A stretch of 36,303 nucleotides of DNA from a virus (lineage: Duplodnaviria > Caudoviricetes). The stretch is from positions 1 to 36,303 of IMG/VR virus record IMGVR_UViG_3300033076_000343. One strand, given 5' to 3'. Of the stretch, positions 15,862 to 26,049 are shown piece after piece (position 1 is the first letter of the stretch; every line of letters starts with the position of its first letter). Made by a program: the position numbers and the translations under genes. The notes under the pieces were generated by a model. The model was not told the origin of the DNA, did not search any database, and worked only from the letters and a program-made list of their open reading frames with translations.

Positions 15862-16811
15862 CAATCAACTCTCAGGTTTACGTCGATAAGTTCACTTCTG
15901 GTTCCGGTTCATGGACTAAACAGTCATGGGCACAGATCGTTCGCATCGTGTTGATTGGCGGCGGCGGGTCAGGCGGGGGCGGGTCAAAAAACGCATCAAC
16001 AACAAACCATGCTGGGGGCGGAGCGGGCGGTGGCGGCGGCGTTGTTGATATTACGCTTGCCGCGGCCCAACTCGGGGCGACAGAAACATATTCTGTCGCA
16101 GCATCAGTTTCTGGCGGAAATGGTGCAACAACCAATACTACAAGCGGGGCGAATGGTTTAGATGGCAATGTGAGTACATTTACTATTGGGAGTGGGGCCA
16201 TCACTTTAACAGCATACGCTGGCGGGCGTGGTGCGGGAGCAGGCGGCGGAACCGCTTCTGCTGGAGGTGGTGCCGGTCTTTCTGGTTCCGGCACAAACAA
16301 CGTGGCGGGGCTAAATAATGGCGCAGCAGTAAACACTAGCTCCACGTCAATTCAAGGTGGTGGTGCGGGTGGAGGAAACGGCGGCAACGGTTTAGGAACG
16401 GCAGGAGGGTCTGCGCCATTTGGTTCCGGCGGCGGCGGTAGTGGTGGCGGAATGACTGCTACATCGCAGTATTTTAGCGGTGCGGCGGGAGGCGCATCTC
16501 GCGATATTGCAGGCGGCGCAGCCGGAACTGCTGGTGGAACATTAAACGGAACAGCCGGAGCAGATAGCAATTCAGCAGCCCCCGGATCAGGCGGAGGCGG
16601 CGGGGCAGCGAACGGCACAGCAGCAAAGGCTGGCAACGGCGGCAACGGCGGCACACCGGGCGGCGGTGGTGGCGGTGGAGGCGCAGGCGTCAACTCTGTT
16701 ACCAACGGTGGTGATGGCGGTGCAGGTGCCCGAGGTGAGATTTGGGTGATACAGTATGACAGCGACCCGACAGGCGTCGGCGTTATCGGCTACCCCGTAA
16801 TTGTAGGCTAG
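15858..16811 (+). CDS. Glycine-rich domain protein, type B copy 2
   Basis: KFTSGSGSWTKQSWAQIVRIVLIGGGGSGGGG...GARGEIWVIQY. Confidence 0.85.
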   Translation: MTINSQVYVDKFTSGSGSWTKQSWAQIVRIVLIGGGGSGGGGSKNASTTNHAGGGAGGGGGVVDITLAAAQLGATETYSVAASVSGGNGATTNTTSGANGLDGNVSTFTIGSGAITLTAYAGGRGAGAGGGTASAGGGAGLSGSGTNNVAGLNNGAAVNTSSTSIQGGGAGGGNGGNGLGTAGGSAPFGSGGGGSGGGMTATSQYFSGAAGGASRDIAGGAAGTAGGTLNGTAGADSNSAAPGSGGGGGAANGTAAKAGNGGNGGTPGGGGGGGGAGVNSVTNGGDGGAGARGEIWVIQYDSDPTGVGVIGYPVIVG

Positions 16812-16821
16812 GAGTTGCCAA

Positions 16822-16950
16822 ATGAACTTCTTTGGTGGTATGTTCTTCGGCGGTGGATTTTTCGGTGCAATCGTTGAAGGCATTCAAGAAGTCTTTGTCG
16901 AAATTCGCACTTTTGCAACGTCATTTACTCAGCACAGGAGACTTAGCTGA
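16822..16950 (+). CDS. Small FFGG-repeat peptide (42 aa)
   Basis: Not in the ORF track. AGGAG RBS; MNFFGGMFFGGGFFGAIVEGIQEVFVEIRTFATSFTQHRRLS; TGATG-coupled to the next gene. Confidence 0.7.
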   Translation: MNFFGGMFFGGGFFGAIVEGIQEVFVEIRTFATSFTQHRRLS

Positions 16951-17255
16951 TGTCGATCAATCTTAAAGCCATTACGACACGTCTTGGCTATCAGCAGATC
17001 ACCACGCTGTCTTCTGCGACGGGTCTGACAGTTCCTTCCGTTGATGCAAACGGCCTAAGTTGCCGCCCATCTATCGCGCTCATTACGCCTGAAGGTCAGG
17101 CTGTTCGGTGGCGCGACGATAACGTAAACCCGACTGCTTCAGTCGGTATGCCGCTCGCGGTTGGCGTGACGCTTCAGTATGATGGCGATTTGACACAAAT
17201 CAAGTTTATTGAACAAGTGTCCGGCGCTAAAATCAACATTTCCTATTACGCGTAA
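16950..17255 (+). CDS. Hypothetical virion protein (101 aa)
   Basis: AGGAG RBS; LGYQQIT...VRWRDD..PTASVGMPL; beta-sandwich-like. Confidence 0.7.
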   Translation: MSINLKAITTRLGYQQITTLSSATGLTVPSVDANGLSCRPSIALITPEGQAVRWRDDNVNPTASVGMPLAVGVTLQYDGDLTQIKFIEQVSGAKINISYYA

Positions 17256-17264
17256 GAGGCGGCG

Positions 17265-17777
17265 ATGATTGTTTCAAGCGACGGCAAAAACGGTATTGAC
17301 TACGTTACCTACTTTACAAAACAGTTTCCGCTCGATTTGGCGGCGATGGCAAAACTTCGCGATGAATTGGAAGCCCGTCAAGGCGCGATGACTGCTGTTG
17401 ACGACGCCAATCAGCTTCGTAAAGACGCCGAAGACATCAAAGCAAAAGCTATTGCAGATACGACCGCAGCGCGAAACGCTGCCGATCAGTATTTGGCGGA
17501 TGCAAAAGCTAAAAACGCCGAAGTGAACGCAAAAGTGTCTGAGTTGGCGGCCAAAGAAAAAGAATTTACCCGTGCAAAATCTGATTACGAGTCAAATCGC
17601 GCGGTTGACGAAAAATCACTTGCCGAGCGCATTAAAGCTGTTGCGGCAAAAGAAGCTCAAATCGCATCGCGCGAGGCATCTGTTGCCGCCGCCGAAGCTG
17701 ATTTGAAGTCGAAACAGGATTCTCTCGACGCACGCGTCAAGGCATTCCAAGCCAAGGTAGCAGCGTTGAGTGCATAA
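17265..17777 (+). CDS. Coiled-coil hypothetical protein
   Basis: A/K/E-rich heptads; GAGG RBS. Confidence 0.7.
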   Translation: MIVSSDGKNGIDYVTYFTKQFPLDLAAMAKLRDELEARQGAMTAVDDANQLRKDAEDIKAKAIADTTAARNAADQYLADAKAKNAEVNAKVSELAAKEKEFTRAKSDYESNRAVDEKSLAERIKAVAAKEAQIASREASVAAAEADLKSKQDSLDARVKAFQAKVAALSA

Positions 17778-17816
17778 CCGTACTAGTCCGGCAGACTAGG
17801 TTAAAAGGACTACACA

Positions 17817-18584
17817 ATGTCTGATGAAGATGTGTTAGCGGGCCAGCCCGCGCCAGAACCGGAAGTTACGTCTGCTCCGGCCCCTGAAGCTACAGAGACG
17901 GAAGAAAAGTCGGTCAAAACGTTCACTCAGGAAGAGTTGGACGCTGCGATTGGCAAACGCCTTGCGAGAGAACAGCGGAAATGGGAACGTGAACAGGCCG
18001 CCCGACAGGCTGTCCAACCCGCGCCTAAATCCGTAGAGCCTCCGTCAGTGGAGCAGTTTCAGTCTCCTGAAGCCTATGCAGAAGCATTGGCAGAACAGAA
18101 GGCCGAAGAACTGATCCGCCGCCGCGAAGCTGAACGTCAACGCTCGGAAATTCTTGAGTCATACCACGAGAAAGAAGAGGAAATTCGGGCTAAATACGAG
18201 GACTTTGAACAGGTCGCGTACAATCCGAACCTCTCCATCACTCCGGTTATGGCCGAGTCAATCCAAGCGTCGGACATCGGGCCTGAAGTCGCCTATTTCT
18301 TGGGGTCAAACCCAAAAGAGGCTGACCGTATTGCCCGTTTGCAACCGTTCTTGCAGGCTAAAGAAATTGGGAAGATTGAAGCCAAATTGGCCGCAAATCC
18401 GCCCGTAAAGAAGACAACCAGTGCGCCTGCCCCTATTTCGCCGGTAACGGCAAAGTCGTCAGGCCAACCTGCGTATGATACGACCGACCCACGCTCCATC
18501 AAAACGATGAGCACGTCGGAATGGATCGAAGCAGAGCGGCAACGACAGATCAAGAAAATGGAAGCGGCGTCACGATACCGTTAA
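17817..18584 (+). CDS. Scaffolding protein
   Basis: Immediately before the coat gene; acidic N-terminus, KTFTQEELDAAIGKRLARE, coiled coil, MSTSEWIEAER C-terminus. Confidence 0.8.
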   Translation: MSDEDVLAGQPAPEPEVTSAPAPEATETEEKSVKTFTQEELDAAIGKRLAREQRKWEREQAARQAVQPAPKSVEPPSVEQFQSPEAYAEALAEQKAEELIRRREAERQRSEILESYHEKEEEIRAKYEDFEQVAYNPNLSITPVMAESIQASDIGPEVAYFLGSNPKEADRIARLQPFLQAKEIGKIEAKLAANPPVKKTTSAPAPISPVTAKSSGQPAYDTTDPRSIKTMSTSEWIEAERQRQIKKMEAASRYR

Positions 18585-18609
18585 CACAACTTAAAAGGAC
18601 GCCTTAATC

Positions 18610-19824
18610 ATGGGTAATAGCTTACTTACCATTGACATGATTACGCGGAAAGCTCTCGAAATCCTCGAGAACAACCTCGTAATCACCCGCAACGTGAACC
18701 GTCAGTACGACGACAGCTTCGCTGTTGAAGGTGCTAAGATCGGTTCGACCCTCCGCATCCGCTTGCCGGATCGCGCTCTTGTGACCAACGGCGCTGCGCT
18801 TCAGGTTCAGGACGACAACGAGCAGTACACAACGCTCACGGTCTCCACCCAGAAGCACATTGGCGTCAACTTCACATCGGCAGAATTGACGATGCAGTTA
18901 GACGACTTCGCTGATCGTGTTCTCAAGCCGCGTATCTCGCAGCTTGCTTCGAGCATCGACAACGATGTTGCGAACTCCTACAAGAGCATCTACTCGTCGG
19001 TCGGCACGCCGGGCACCACGCCGGGCACGTCGCTTGTTCTGTTGCAGGCGCAGCAGAAGCTCAACGAATACGCCGCTCCGATGGGCAACCGCTACGCAAC
19101 AGTTAACCCTGCTGCCAACGCCGCGCTTGTTGAAGGCATGAAGGGCTTCTTTAACCCAACCGACGTCATCAGCCGCCAGTTCAAGGCCGGTATGATGGGT
19201 ACAGGCGTCCTTGGCTATGACGAAGTTGCCATGTCGCAATCCATCGTCAACCACACAACCGGTACGCGTTCGGCTTCGGCTTCGCTCACGGTTGGTTCGA
19301 CGGTTACGGCTGAAGGCACCTCGACAATCGCCATCAACGGCGACACAGGCTCGGCCACGTTCAAGGCTGGTGACGTGTTCACCATCGCTGGCGTGTACGC
19401 AGTCAACCCGCAGACCCGTCAGTCCACGGGCAGCTTGCAGCAGTTCGTTGTTACGGCTGATGCAACCGCGTCTTCGGGCAACTGGTCGGCTGTCAGCGTT
19501 TCGCCTGCAATCTACACCGCAAGCAACGCGCTCGCGACTGTTGACTCGTTCCCGCAGTCCGGTGCTGTCGTGACTGTCCTCGGCGCGGCTTCGACCAACT
19601 ATCCGCAGAACCTTGTCTATCAGAAGGACGCGATCACATTTGCGACCGCCGACCTTTTGATGCCACAGGGCGTGGATATGGCCTCGCGTCAGGTTCACAA
19701 CGGCATTTCGATGCGTATTGTTCGCCAGTACGACATCAACAATGACCGTATGCCTTGCCGTATCGACGTTCTTTACGGCTACTCCGTGATTCGTGCGCCG
19801 ATGGCTGCACGTATCTGGGGCTAA
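18610..19824 (+). CDS. Major capsid protein, P22 coat (gp5)-like
   Basis: ITRKALEILENNL, KIGSTLRIRLP, CRIDVLYG; strongly biased codon usage. Confidence 0.92.
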   Translation: MGNSLLTIDMITRKALEILENNLVITRNVNRQYDDSFAVEGAKIGSTLRIRLPDRALVTNGAALQVQDDNEQYTTLTVSTQKHIGVNFTSAELTMQLDDFADRVLKPRISQLASSIDNDVANSYKSIYSSVGTPGTTPGTSLVLLQAQQKLNEYAAPMGNRYATVNPAANAALVEGMKGFFNPTDVISRQFKAGMMGTGVLGYDEVAMSQSIVNHTTGTRSASASLTVGSTVTAEGTSTIAINGDTGSATFKAGDVFTIAGVYAVNPQTRQSTGSLQQFVVTADATASSGNWSAVSVSPAIYTASNALATVDSFPQSGAVVTVLGAASTNYPQNLVYQKDAITFATADLLMPQGVDMASRQVHNGISMRIVRQYDINNDRMPCRIDVLYGYSVIRAPMAARIWG

Positions 19825-19850
19825 CCTTTACGAACTAAGGAGATACGACA

Positions 19851-20276
19851 ATGGCTATTCCTACCGTAGGTGGCGGCTATCAACCTAATGATGGCAACCC
19901 TAACGAAATGAAGCTCTCGGTCTCGGCGGCTCCGGCCACCGCGACTTCGAGCGCAACCTTGACGACCACGCAGTTGCTTAACGGCATTATTCTTGGTTCA
20001 CCCGGCACTTCGGCGGCAGCGTACACGCTTCCGCTCGCGGCTGACCTTGACTCTGCTCTCGGCAACGCGCACGTCAACTCGACGTTCGACTTCTCGATTG
20101 TAAACGCAAACGGCTCTTCGTCGGGCGCGATTACGGTTACGACGAACACGGGTTGGTCGATTGGCTCATCTGGTTCGCAGGGCCTCATGGTCATTCCGGC
20201 GACAGCCGGTACGGCGTTCCGTTTCCGCGCTCGCAAGACGGGCGACGGTGCATGGTCGCTCTACACGATTGGCTAA
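19851..20276 (+). CDS. Putative capsid decoration/minor capsid protein
   Basis: TAAGGAG RBS; between coat gene and terminator-like hairpin. Confidence 0.6.
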   Translation: MAIPTVGGGYQPNDGNPNEMKLSVSAAPATATSSATLTTTQLLNGIILGSPGTSAAAYTLPLAADLDSALGNAHVNSTFDFSIVNANGSSSGAITVTTNTGWSIGSSGSQGLMVIPATAGTAFRFRARKTGDGAWSLYTIG

Positions 20277-20283
20277 TACATTC

Positions 20284-20311
20284 GGCGGGGGCTTCGGCCC
20301 CCGTCGTTCTC
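20284..20311 (+). terminator. Hairpin after the capsid genes (weak or partial terminator)
   Basis: GGCGGGGGC-TTCG-GCCCCCGTC (cUUCGg loop) followed by GTTCTC. Confidence 0.6.
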
Positions 20312-20323
20312 TAGGGAGTTTTT

Positions 20324-20515
20324 ATGATTATCCATCTCAAACATCCTGTTCACGGCAAAAAGATCGCAACGCTCGAACTTGAAGCCGAAGCAGACGAAGC
20401 GCGTGGTTGGGTTCGCTACAACCCGTTTGAAACTGTAACAGAAGAAGCACCGGCAAACGCTCTTGAGCCACGCCGTCGCCGTAAAGTCCCTGTAGAGACG
20501 CAGGAAGAGGAATAA
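20324..20515 (+). CDS. Hypothetical protein (63 aa)
   Basis: GGGAG RBS; LKHPVHGKKIA...EAEADEARGW. Confidence 0.75.
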   Translation: MIIHLKHPVHGKKIATLELEAEADEARGWVRYNPFETVTEEAPANALEPRRRRKVPVETQEEE

Positions 20516-20518
20516 ACG

Positions 20519-21232
20519 ATGGCAACCACGGCTTACGACCAAATTTGCGGCGCGCTACGCCTGATTGGGCAGTTGGCCGAAGGTGAAACGCCATCCTCCG
20601 AGACCGCAAACGATGCGTTGACCGCGCTCAATCAGATGATTGACTCGTGGAACGCCGAGCGGCTTTCCGTGTTTTCAACTCAAGATCAAGTGTTCGAGTG
20701 GGCGCCAAACCTCATTTCGCGCACACTTGGCCCGACAGGTGATTTTGTCGGCAACCGTCCAGTGTTGTTTGACGACTCAACCTACTTCAAAGACCCTGCA
20801 TCGGGCATTTCCTACGGCATCAAGTTTATCAATCAGCAGCAGTATGACGGCATTGCGGTCAAAACCGTAACGAGCACATATCCGCAAGTGATCTGGGTAA
20901 ACATGACTTACCCGAACGTGGAAATGTACCTGTATCCGAAACCGACAAAACTGCTTGAATGGCATTTTGTGTCGGTTGAAGAATTGACACAGCCCGCCAC
21001 ACTGGCGACAAATCTCGCGTTTCCGCCCGGCTATCTGCGCGCGTTCCGCTACAATTTGGCCTGCGAAATCGCGGCCGAGTTCGGCGTTGAGCCACCGCCG
21101 ACTGTCGGTCGCATCGCCATGACATCGAAGCGCAACCTGAAGCGCATCAACAACCCTGACGACATCATGTCGTTGCCATACTCCATCGTCGGCACGCGCC
21201 AACGCTTCAACATCTTTGCGGGCAACTTCTAA
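20519..21232 (+). CDS. Head-to-tail adaptor (P22 gp4-like)
   Basis: ALRLIG...DALTALNQMIDSW and FPPGYLRAFRYNLACEIAAEFG; synteny. Confidence 0.75.
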   Translation: MATTAYDQICGALRLIGQLAEGETPSSETANDALTALNQMIDSWNAERLSVFSTQDQVFEWAPNLISRTLGPTGDFVGNRPVLFDDSTYFKDPASGISYGIKFINQQQYDGIAVKTVTSTYPQVIWVNMTYPNVEMYLYPKPTKLLEWHFVSVEELTQPATLATNLAFPPGYLRAFRYNLACEIAAEFGVEPPPTVGRIAMTSKRNLKRINNPDDIMSLPYSIVGTRQRFNIFAGNF

Positions 21233-22671
21233 TGCAGACACCTATTCTGGGTTCTTCATATGTGGCACGCAGCGTTAACGCTGCCGACAACCGCATGGTT
21301 AACCTGTTCCCAGAAATCTTGCCGAACGAAGGCAAAACGGCGGCGTTTCTCAACCGCGCGCCGGGCCTTCGTCTGTTGGCTACGCTCGGCACCGGCCCGA
21401 TCCGTGGTTTGTGGTCGCCCGACCCGAACGGTTCTTATGCGTATGTCGTGTCGGGCAACACGTTTTACCGCATCGACACAAACTACAATGCGCTTGCATT
21501 CGGCTATGTCAGCGGTACGGGGCAAGTGTCTATGTCGGACAACGGCTCGCAGATTTTTATCGCGGCCGACCCAGCAGGCTATATCTTCAACATGAACACC
21601 CAGATTTTCGCGCCGATTACCGACCCCGATTTTCCGGGCGCGGTGACGGTCGGCTATCTGGACGGCTATTTTGTGTTTAACGAGCCAAACTCACAACGTG
21701 TTTGGGTTACGTCTTTGCTTGACGGCACTTCGGTTGACCCGCTCGACTTTGCCAGCGCCGAAGGTTCGCCTGACGGCCTTGTGTCGCTTATTATTGACCA
21801 TCGTGAGGCTTGGCTGTTCGGCTCAAACTCGGTTGAAGTCTGGTACGATTACGGCGGCCCTGACTTCCCGCTTCAACGCATTCAAGGCGCGTACAACGAA
21901 ATCGGGTGCGTTGCAGCGTTTTCGGTCGCCAAACTCGACAACGGTGTGTTTTGGCTTGGCGGCGACGCGCGCGGCGAAGGCATTGTTTACCGCACCAACG
22001 GCTACACCGGCCAGCGCATCTCGACGCACGCGGTCGAATGGCAAATTCAGCAGTACGGCGACATCTCGGACGCCATCGGGTACACATACCAGCAGGACGG
22101 CCACGCATTTTACGTGCTGACCTTCCCATCTGCGGGGGCAACGTGGGTCTACGATGTCTCGACGCAGGCGTGGCATGAGCGCGCGGCGTGGGTGAACGGG
22201 GCGTTTACCCGCCACCGCGCAAACTGCCAGATGGCGTTCAATCATGAAGTTATTGTGGGGGATTACAATGACGGACGCATTTATGCGTTTGACCTTAATG
22301 TTTTTGCTGACGACGACCAGCCCCAACGCTGGTTACGTAGCTGGCGCGCCCTCCCACAAAACGGCAATGATTTGCGCCGTACCGCCCAACACAGTCTTCA
22401 ACTCGACGCAGAAACAGGTGTTGGACTTGCTGTAGGCCAAGGTTCCGACCCGCAAGTTGTGCTGCGGTGGTCTGATGACGGTGGGCATACGTGGTCAAAC
22501 GAGCATTGGGCGTTTATGGGGGCGATCGGAACGTATGGCAAACGCGTAATATGGCGGCGTCTTGGCATGACCGAGAAAATTCGTGACCGCGTGTATGAGG
22601 TTTCAGGAACCGACCCTGTCAAAATCGCCATCGTCGGCGCGCAGCTTTTGTTGAGCCAGACCCGTGCCTAA
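21232..22671 (+). CDS. Tail hub / DNA stabilisation protein (P22 gp10-like)
   Basis: 479 aa beta-propeller-like; FASAEGSPD, LRWSDDGGHTWS, WRRLG, RDRVYEVS. Confidence 0.85.
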   Translation: MQTPILGSSYVARSVNAADNRMVNLFPEILPNEGKTAAFLNRAPGLRLLATLGTGPIRGLWSPDPNGSYAYVVSGNTFYRIDTNYNALAFGYVSGTGQVSMSDNGSQIFIAADPAGYIFNMNTQIFAPITDPDFPGAVTVGYLDGYFVFNEPNSQRVWVTSLLDGTSVDPLDFASAEGSPDGLVSLIIDHREAWLFGSNSVEVWYDYGGPDFPLQRIQGAYNEIGCVAAFSVAKLDNGVFWLGGDARGEGIVYRTNGYTGQRISTHAVEWQIQQYGDISDAIGYTYQQDGHAFYVLTFPSAGATWVYDVSTQAWHERAAWVNGAFTRHRANCQMAFNHEVIVGDYNDGRIYAFDLNVFADDDQPQRWLRSWRALPQNGNDLRRTAQHSLQLDAETGVGLAVGQGSDPQVVLRWSDDGGHTWSNEHWAFMGAIGTYGKRVIWRRLGMTEKIRDRVYEVSGTDPVKIAIVGAQLLLSQTRA

Positions 22672-23407
22672 TACCAACACGCAAATCCCCGCACCGCGCG
22701 TTCCGATAGCTGACGACACGCAGAATAGCATTCCGACGCGTGAATGGTTTCGGTTTTTCAACGCTATTTACGAGTTTCTCGGTCTGTCTACCGGCGTTAT
22801 CCCTGAAACTAGCGGTGGTACAGGCAATACTACATATGCTACGGGCGATATGCTGTACGCGTCTGCGCCCGACACTTTGACGCGTCTGCCTGTCCCCGGC
22901 GCACCAAGCTATCTCGGCACCGACGCCACCAATATGCCGCAATGGATACCGGTCGCGTACGGCGCGTTTAGCAACACCACGACCCAGACTGCGCCTGCGG
23001 CTACGCCAACAGGCATTACGTTTAACAATACAGATTACAGCCGCCACGTTTCTATCAACGGGTCAAAAATAACGCTCGACAAAACAGGCTTGTACACGAT
23101 CATATTCAGCTTGCAGTTGTCCAATCCATCCGCGTCGGATGACGATGCGATTGTATGGTTGCGGGTGAATGGCGCAAACGTGGCGAACACCGGCAGTCAA
23201 ATATCAATTCTTAAATCGCACGGCGGTACGCCTGGCAGTGGCATCATGACCGTAAACTTCTTTTACCAGTTCACCGCAGGTGACTATTTTGAAATTTATG
23301 GTATGAGTGTGCTTGGAAACTTGCAACTCAAGACGTATGCTTCAAGCACCTCGCCTGACTACCCTGCTTCGCCCGCCGCCATTCTGACCGTTTCGCAGAT
23401 TATCTAG
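22664..23407 (+). CDS. Tail protein (needle/fibre-like)
   Basis: PAPRVP...TREWFRFF N-terminus, SGGTG motif, beta-sandwich C-terminus; follows gp10. Confidence 0.6.
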   Translation: MPNTNTQIPAPRVPIADDTQNSIPTREWFRFFNAIYEFLGLSTGVIPETSGGTGNTTYATGDMLYASAPDTLTRLPVPGAPSYLGTDATNMPQWIPVAYGAFSNTTTQTAPAATPTGITFNNTDYSRHVSINGSKITLDKTGLYTIIFSLQLSNPSASDDDAIVWLRVNGANVANTGSQISILKSHGGTPGSGIMTVNFFYQFTAGDYFEIYGMSVLGNLQLKTYASSTSPDYPASPAAILTVSQII

Positions 23408-23417
23408 GACGACCACA

Positions 23418-24464
23418 ATGACAGTTATTCTCTCTCCTCTTGCTGGCGCTGGTTGGCAGTTCTTTGATAACAGCGGTGTTCCGCTTGCAGGCGGTAAACT
23501 TTATACCTACGCCGCAGGCTCAACAACGCCACAGACAACCTACACAAGTAGTTCAGGCGGTACGGCCAACGCAAACCCTATCGTTCTTGACGCCGCGGGC
23601 CGTGTGTCGGACGAGGTATGGCTCACCACCAACATCAACTACAAATTTGTCCTCAAAACGTCAGACGATACGACGTTATGGACAGCCGACGACATTGCGG
23701 GTGTGCCGTCGTCGCAAATCACGTCGTTGCGCATTAACGGCTCCACATCCGGCTATGTTGATCTTGAAACAGTTCCTATCGCAGGCGCAAACACGATCAC
23801 GTTCCCCGCCGCAACCGGTACGGTCTTGCTCGACCCGAACACTGCGTTTACCGGCGTAACGACGTTTGAGACTATCTCGGCTACCGGTGACATTAGCGGG
23901 CGCACAATAAACGCTTCCGGCTCCATCACGGTTGGGTCGTATTTGTACGGCAACAGCACGGGGCAATTCAAAATACCAGCAGGCACAACCGCACAACGCG
24001 CGGGGGCGTTCAACGGTACAGGCTCTATTAGCGGCACAACGCTGTCCGTTTCCGTCGTTAACAGCGGCACGTTGTATGTCGGCGCGGTAATATCTGGCGC
24101 AGGAATTACCGCAGACACACGTATTACGGCGTTCGGTACAGGCACTGGCGGCGCGGGCACTTACACGGTAACGCCATCGCAAACCGTGGCAAGCGTTGTT
24201 ATTGTGGACACCCCCGTCACCGGCATGATGCGTTTCAATTCAACCTTGACGACGTTTGAGGGCTATAACGGGTCGCAATGGGGGTCTATCGGCGGCGGCG
24301 CGACCGGCGGCGGCGCAGACGCGGTGTTCAACCTCAACGATCAGGTTATCACAACTTCTTACTCTATCCCGTCTGGCAAAAACGCCAACTCGGTCGGCCC
24401 GCTTACGCTTAACGCGGGTGTGGCTGTAACAATCCCGTCCGGCGGTCGCTGGGTCGTCCTATAA
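23418..24464 (+). CDS. Tail fibre/spike protein
   Basis: N-terminal [21 protein letters not shown]...[10 protein letters not shown] attachment domain; [22 protein letters not shown]. Confidence 0.75.
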   Translation: MTVILSPLAGAGWQFFDNSGVPLAGGKLYTYAAGSTTPQTTYTSSSGGTANANPIVLDAAGRVSDEVWLTTNINYKFVLKTSDDTTLWTADDIAGVPSSQITSLRINGSTSGYVDLETVPIAGANTITFPAATGTVLLDPNTAFTGVTTFETISATGDISGRTINASGSITVGSYLYGNSTGQFKIPAGTTAQRAGAFNGTGSISGTTLSVSVVNSGTLYVGAVISGAGITADTRITAFGTGTGGAGTYTVTPSQTVASVVIVDTPVTGMMRFNSTLTTFEGYNGSQWGSIGGGATGGGADAVFNLNDQVITTSYSIPSGKNANSVGPLTLNAGVAVTIPSGGRWVVL

Positions 24465-24479
24465 GCAGGAGTTTTATAA

Positions 24480-25085
24480 ATGTCTCAAATCGTTCTTACC
24501 GCAGACACTTTGACCGCCTCGCCTACGCCCGGCGCGTTTGAATACGACGGCGTTGCGTCTTACGTTACACCGACCACGGGCCAACGCGGCGTCATTTTGT
24601 CGGACCAAATTATCATTCAGCAGTCGCCGTACACGCTTACGTCGCAGACTGCGGCGCAAAAGCTGTTCAACGGCACAACCAACGGTCAAGTCACGCTGAC
24701 CGCCGGAACTTATGGTTTTGACTGCTTTTTTAGTCTTAGCAGCATGAGTTTGTCGTCCGGTTCGTTCGGTTTTGCTATCGGCGGCTCTGCAACTGTCACC
24801 CAATCGTTCCGCGCGGTGGCGCAAAAAGGCACGGCAACGCTCGCCACGGCAACAGCAACACAGACAACATATAACACAACCGCCAACACAACGCTTGCCA
24901 CGGCGTCAACCAACACGGTCGGATACGCGCAAATTGACGGTATTCTTGTTGTAACTGTTGAAGGTACAATTATCCCGCAAGTGTCGCTTACAGTGGCGGC
25001 TGCGGCAGCGGTGGGCGCGGGGTCTTATTTCCGCATCCGTCCGTACGGCTCGTCGTCTGTATCCTACGTCGGCAACTGGAGCTAA
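24480..25085 (+). CDS. Putative tail fibre subunit
   Basis: Thr/Ala-rich, AGGAG RBS. Confidence 0.6.
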   Translation: MSQIVLTADTLTASPTPGAFEYDGVASYVTPTTGQRGVILSDQIIIQQSPYTLTSQTAAQKLFNGTTNGQVTLTAGTYGFDCFFSLSSMSLSSGSFGFAIGGSATVTQSFRAVAQKGTATLATATATQTTYNTTANTTLATASTNTVGYAQIDGILVVTVEGTIIPQVSLTVAAAAAVGAGSYFRIRPYGSSSVSYVGNWS

Positions 25086-25087
25086 CT

Positions 25088-25624
25088 ATGTCTTTAGTTC
25101 TTAACGGTTCTTCCGGCATGACCTCGCCTCAAGGCGCGGTCTATGACGGGCTTCAGATGGGGGCTTCTGTAGCCGCCACGTCTGGAACGTCAATTTTGTT
25201 TTCCAATATCCCGCTGTGGGTCAAGCGCATAACGCTCATTTTTCAAGGTGTGTCGTTGAGCGGCTCGTCTGAGTATCTTGTGCAAGTTGGGTCTGGGTCG
25301 GTCAAAACGAGCGGATATACAAGCGCGGGTATTGCGGCGTATTCGGGTGCGTCAAGCTCTCCGGCGCTCACAAGCACATCCGGTTTTCTTGCAAGCCAAG
25401 GCATAGCAAACGCAGGTCTTTCTGTGTCGGGGGCTGTTGAAATCTACAACATTTCCGGTTTCATATGGGTTTCAAAAGGGCTTGTTGTTTCCACAAACGG
25501 TTCGCGTGGCGCAATGACTTCCGGCTATGTTACACTTACAGGATCTCTTGACCGAGTGAATTTAACGACAGTCAATGGCACTGATACGTTCGACGCGGGT
25601 TCTGTCAACATCATTTACGAGTAA
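25088..25624 (+). CDS. Putative distal tail fibre/receptor-binding subunit
   Basis: IPLWVKRITL...LDRVNLTTVNGTDTFDAGSVNIIYE. Confidence 0.65.
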   Translation: MSLVLNGSSGMTSPQGAVYDGLQMGASVAATSGTSILFSNIPLWVKRITLIFQGVSLSGSSEYLVQVGSGSVKTSGYTSAGIAAYSGASSSPALTSTSGFLASQGIANAGLSVSGAVEIYNISGFIWVSKGLVVSTNGSRGAMTSGYVTLTGSLDRVNLTTVNGTDTFDAGSVNIIYE

Positions 25625-25629
25625 AATTG

Positions 25630-26049
25630 ATGCTAGCCCGCAGTCACGACATCGCGCGCATCAACGAGGTCGTTAATGACCCTGATGTGCGCCCGTTTGT
25701 CGGGCCTGTTGAGTTAGGCGTCGTTGACTTAGCACCTGTTGTTAAACGACCCGAGCATTGGTTTCTAATGGGTGAACATGGCGGGTTTGGTCTGATATGG
25801 TCAGCGCCGAACGTGCATGAAGTCCATACGTTTATTCTTCCGTCTGGGCGCGGCAAATGGGCCGTGCGAGCTGCGGAAGCTATGATTGATTTTGCGCGCG
25901 AAAACGGCGATACTACGCTGTGGACTAAAATACCGCCTGCGTTTAAGAATGTCGGTGCGTATGCGCGCATGATGGGTATGAAGGCAACAGGTATGGTTCT
26001 CGAAACTTTTGATGAGCCGTACGAAGTTTATAAGATGGAGTTGAACTGA
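25630..26049 (+). CDS. GNAT-fold virion assembly protein (DUF2824-like)
   Basis: EVHTFILPSGRGKWA; position before the ejection genes as in P22-like phages. Confidence 0.65.
   Translation: MLARSHDIARINEVVNDPDVRPFVGPVELGVVDLAPVVKRPEHWFLMGEHGGFGLIWSAPNVHEVHTFILPSGRGKWAVRAAEAMIDFARENGDTTLWTKIPPAFKNVGAYARMMGMKATGMVLETFDEPYEVYKMELN

Noticed and set aside
13718-16705. Proline-rich minus-strand ORFs
   Set aside because: They are antisense shadows of GGN glycine codons.
13071-16811. Diversity-generating retroelement acting on the Gly-rich paralogues
   Set aside because: No reverse transcriptase in the window, and differences between copies are not adenine-specific; both copies are full genes.
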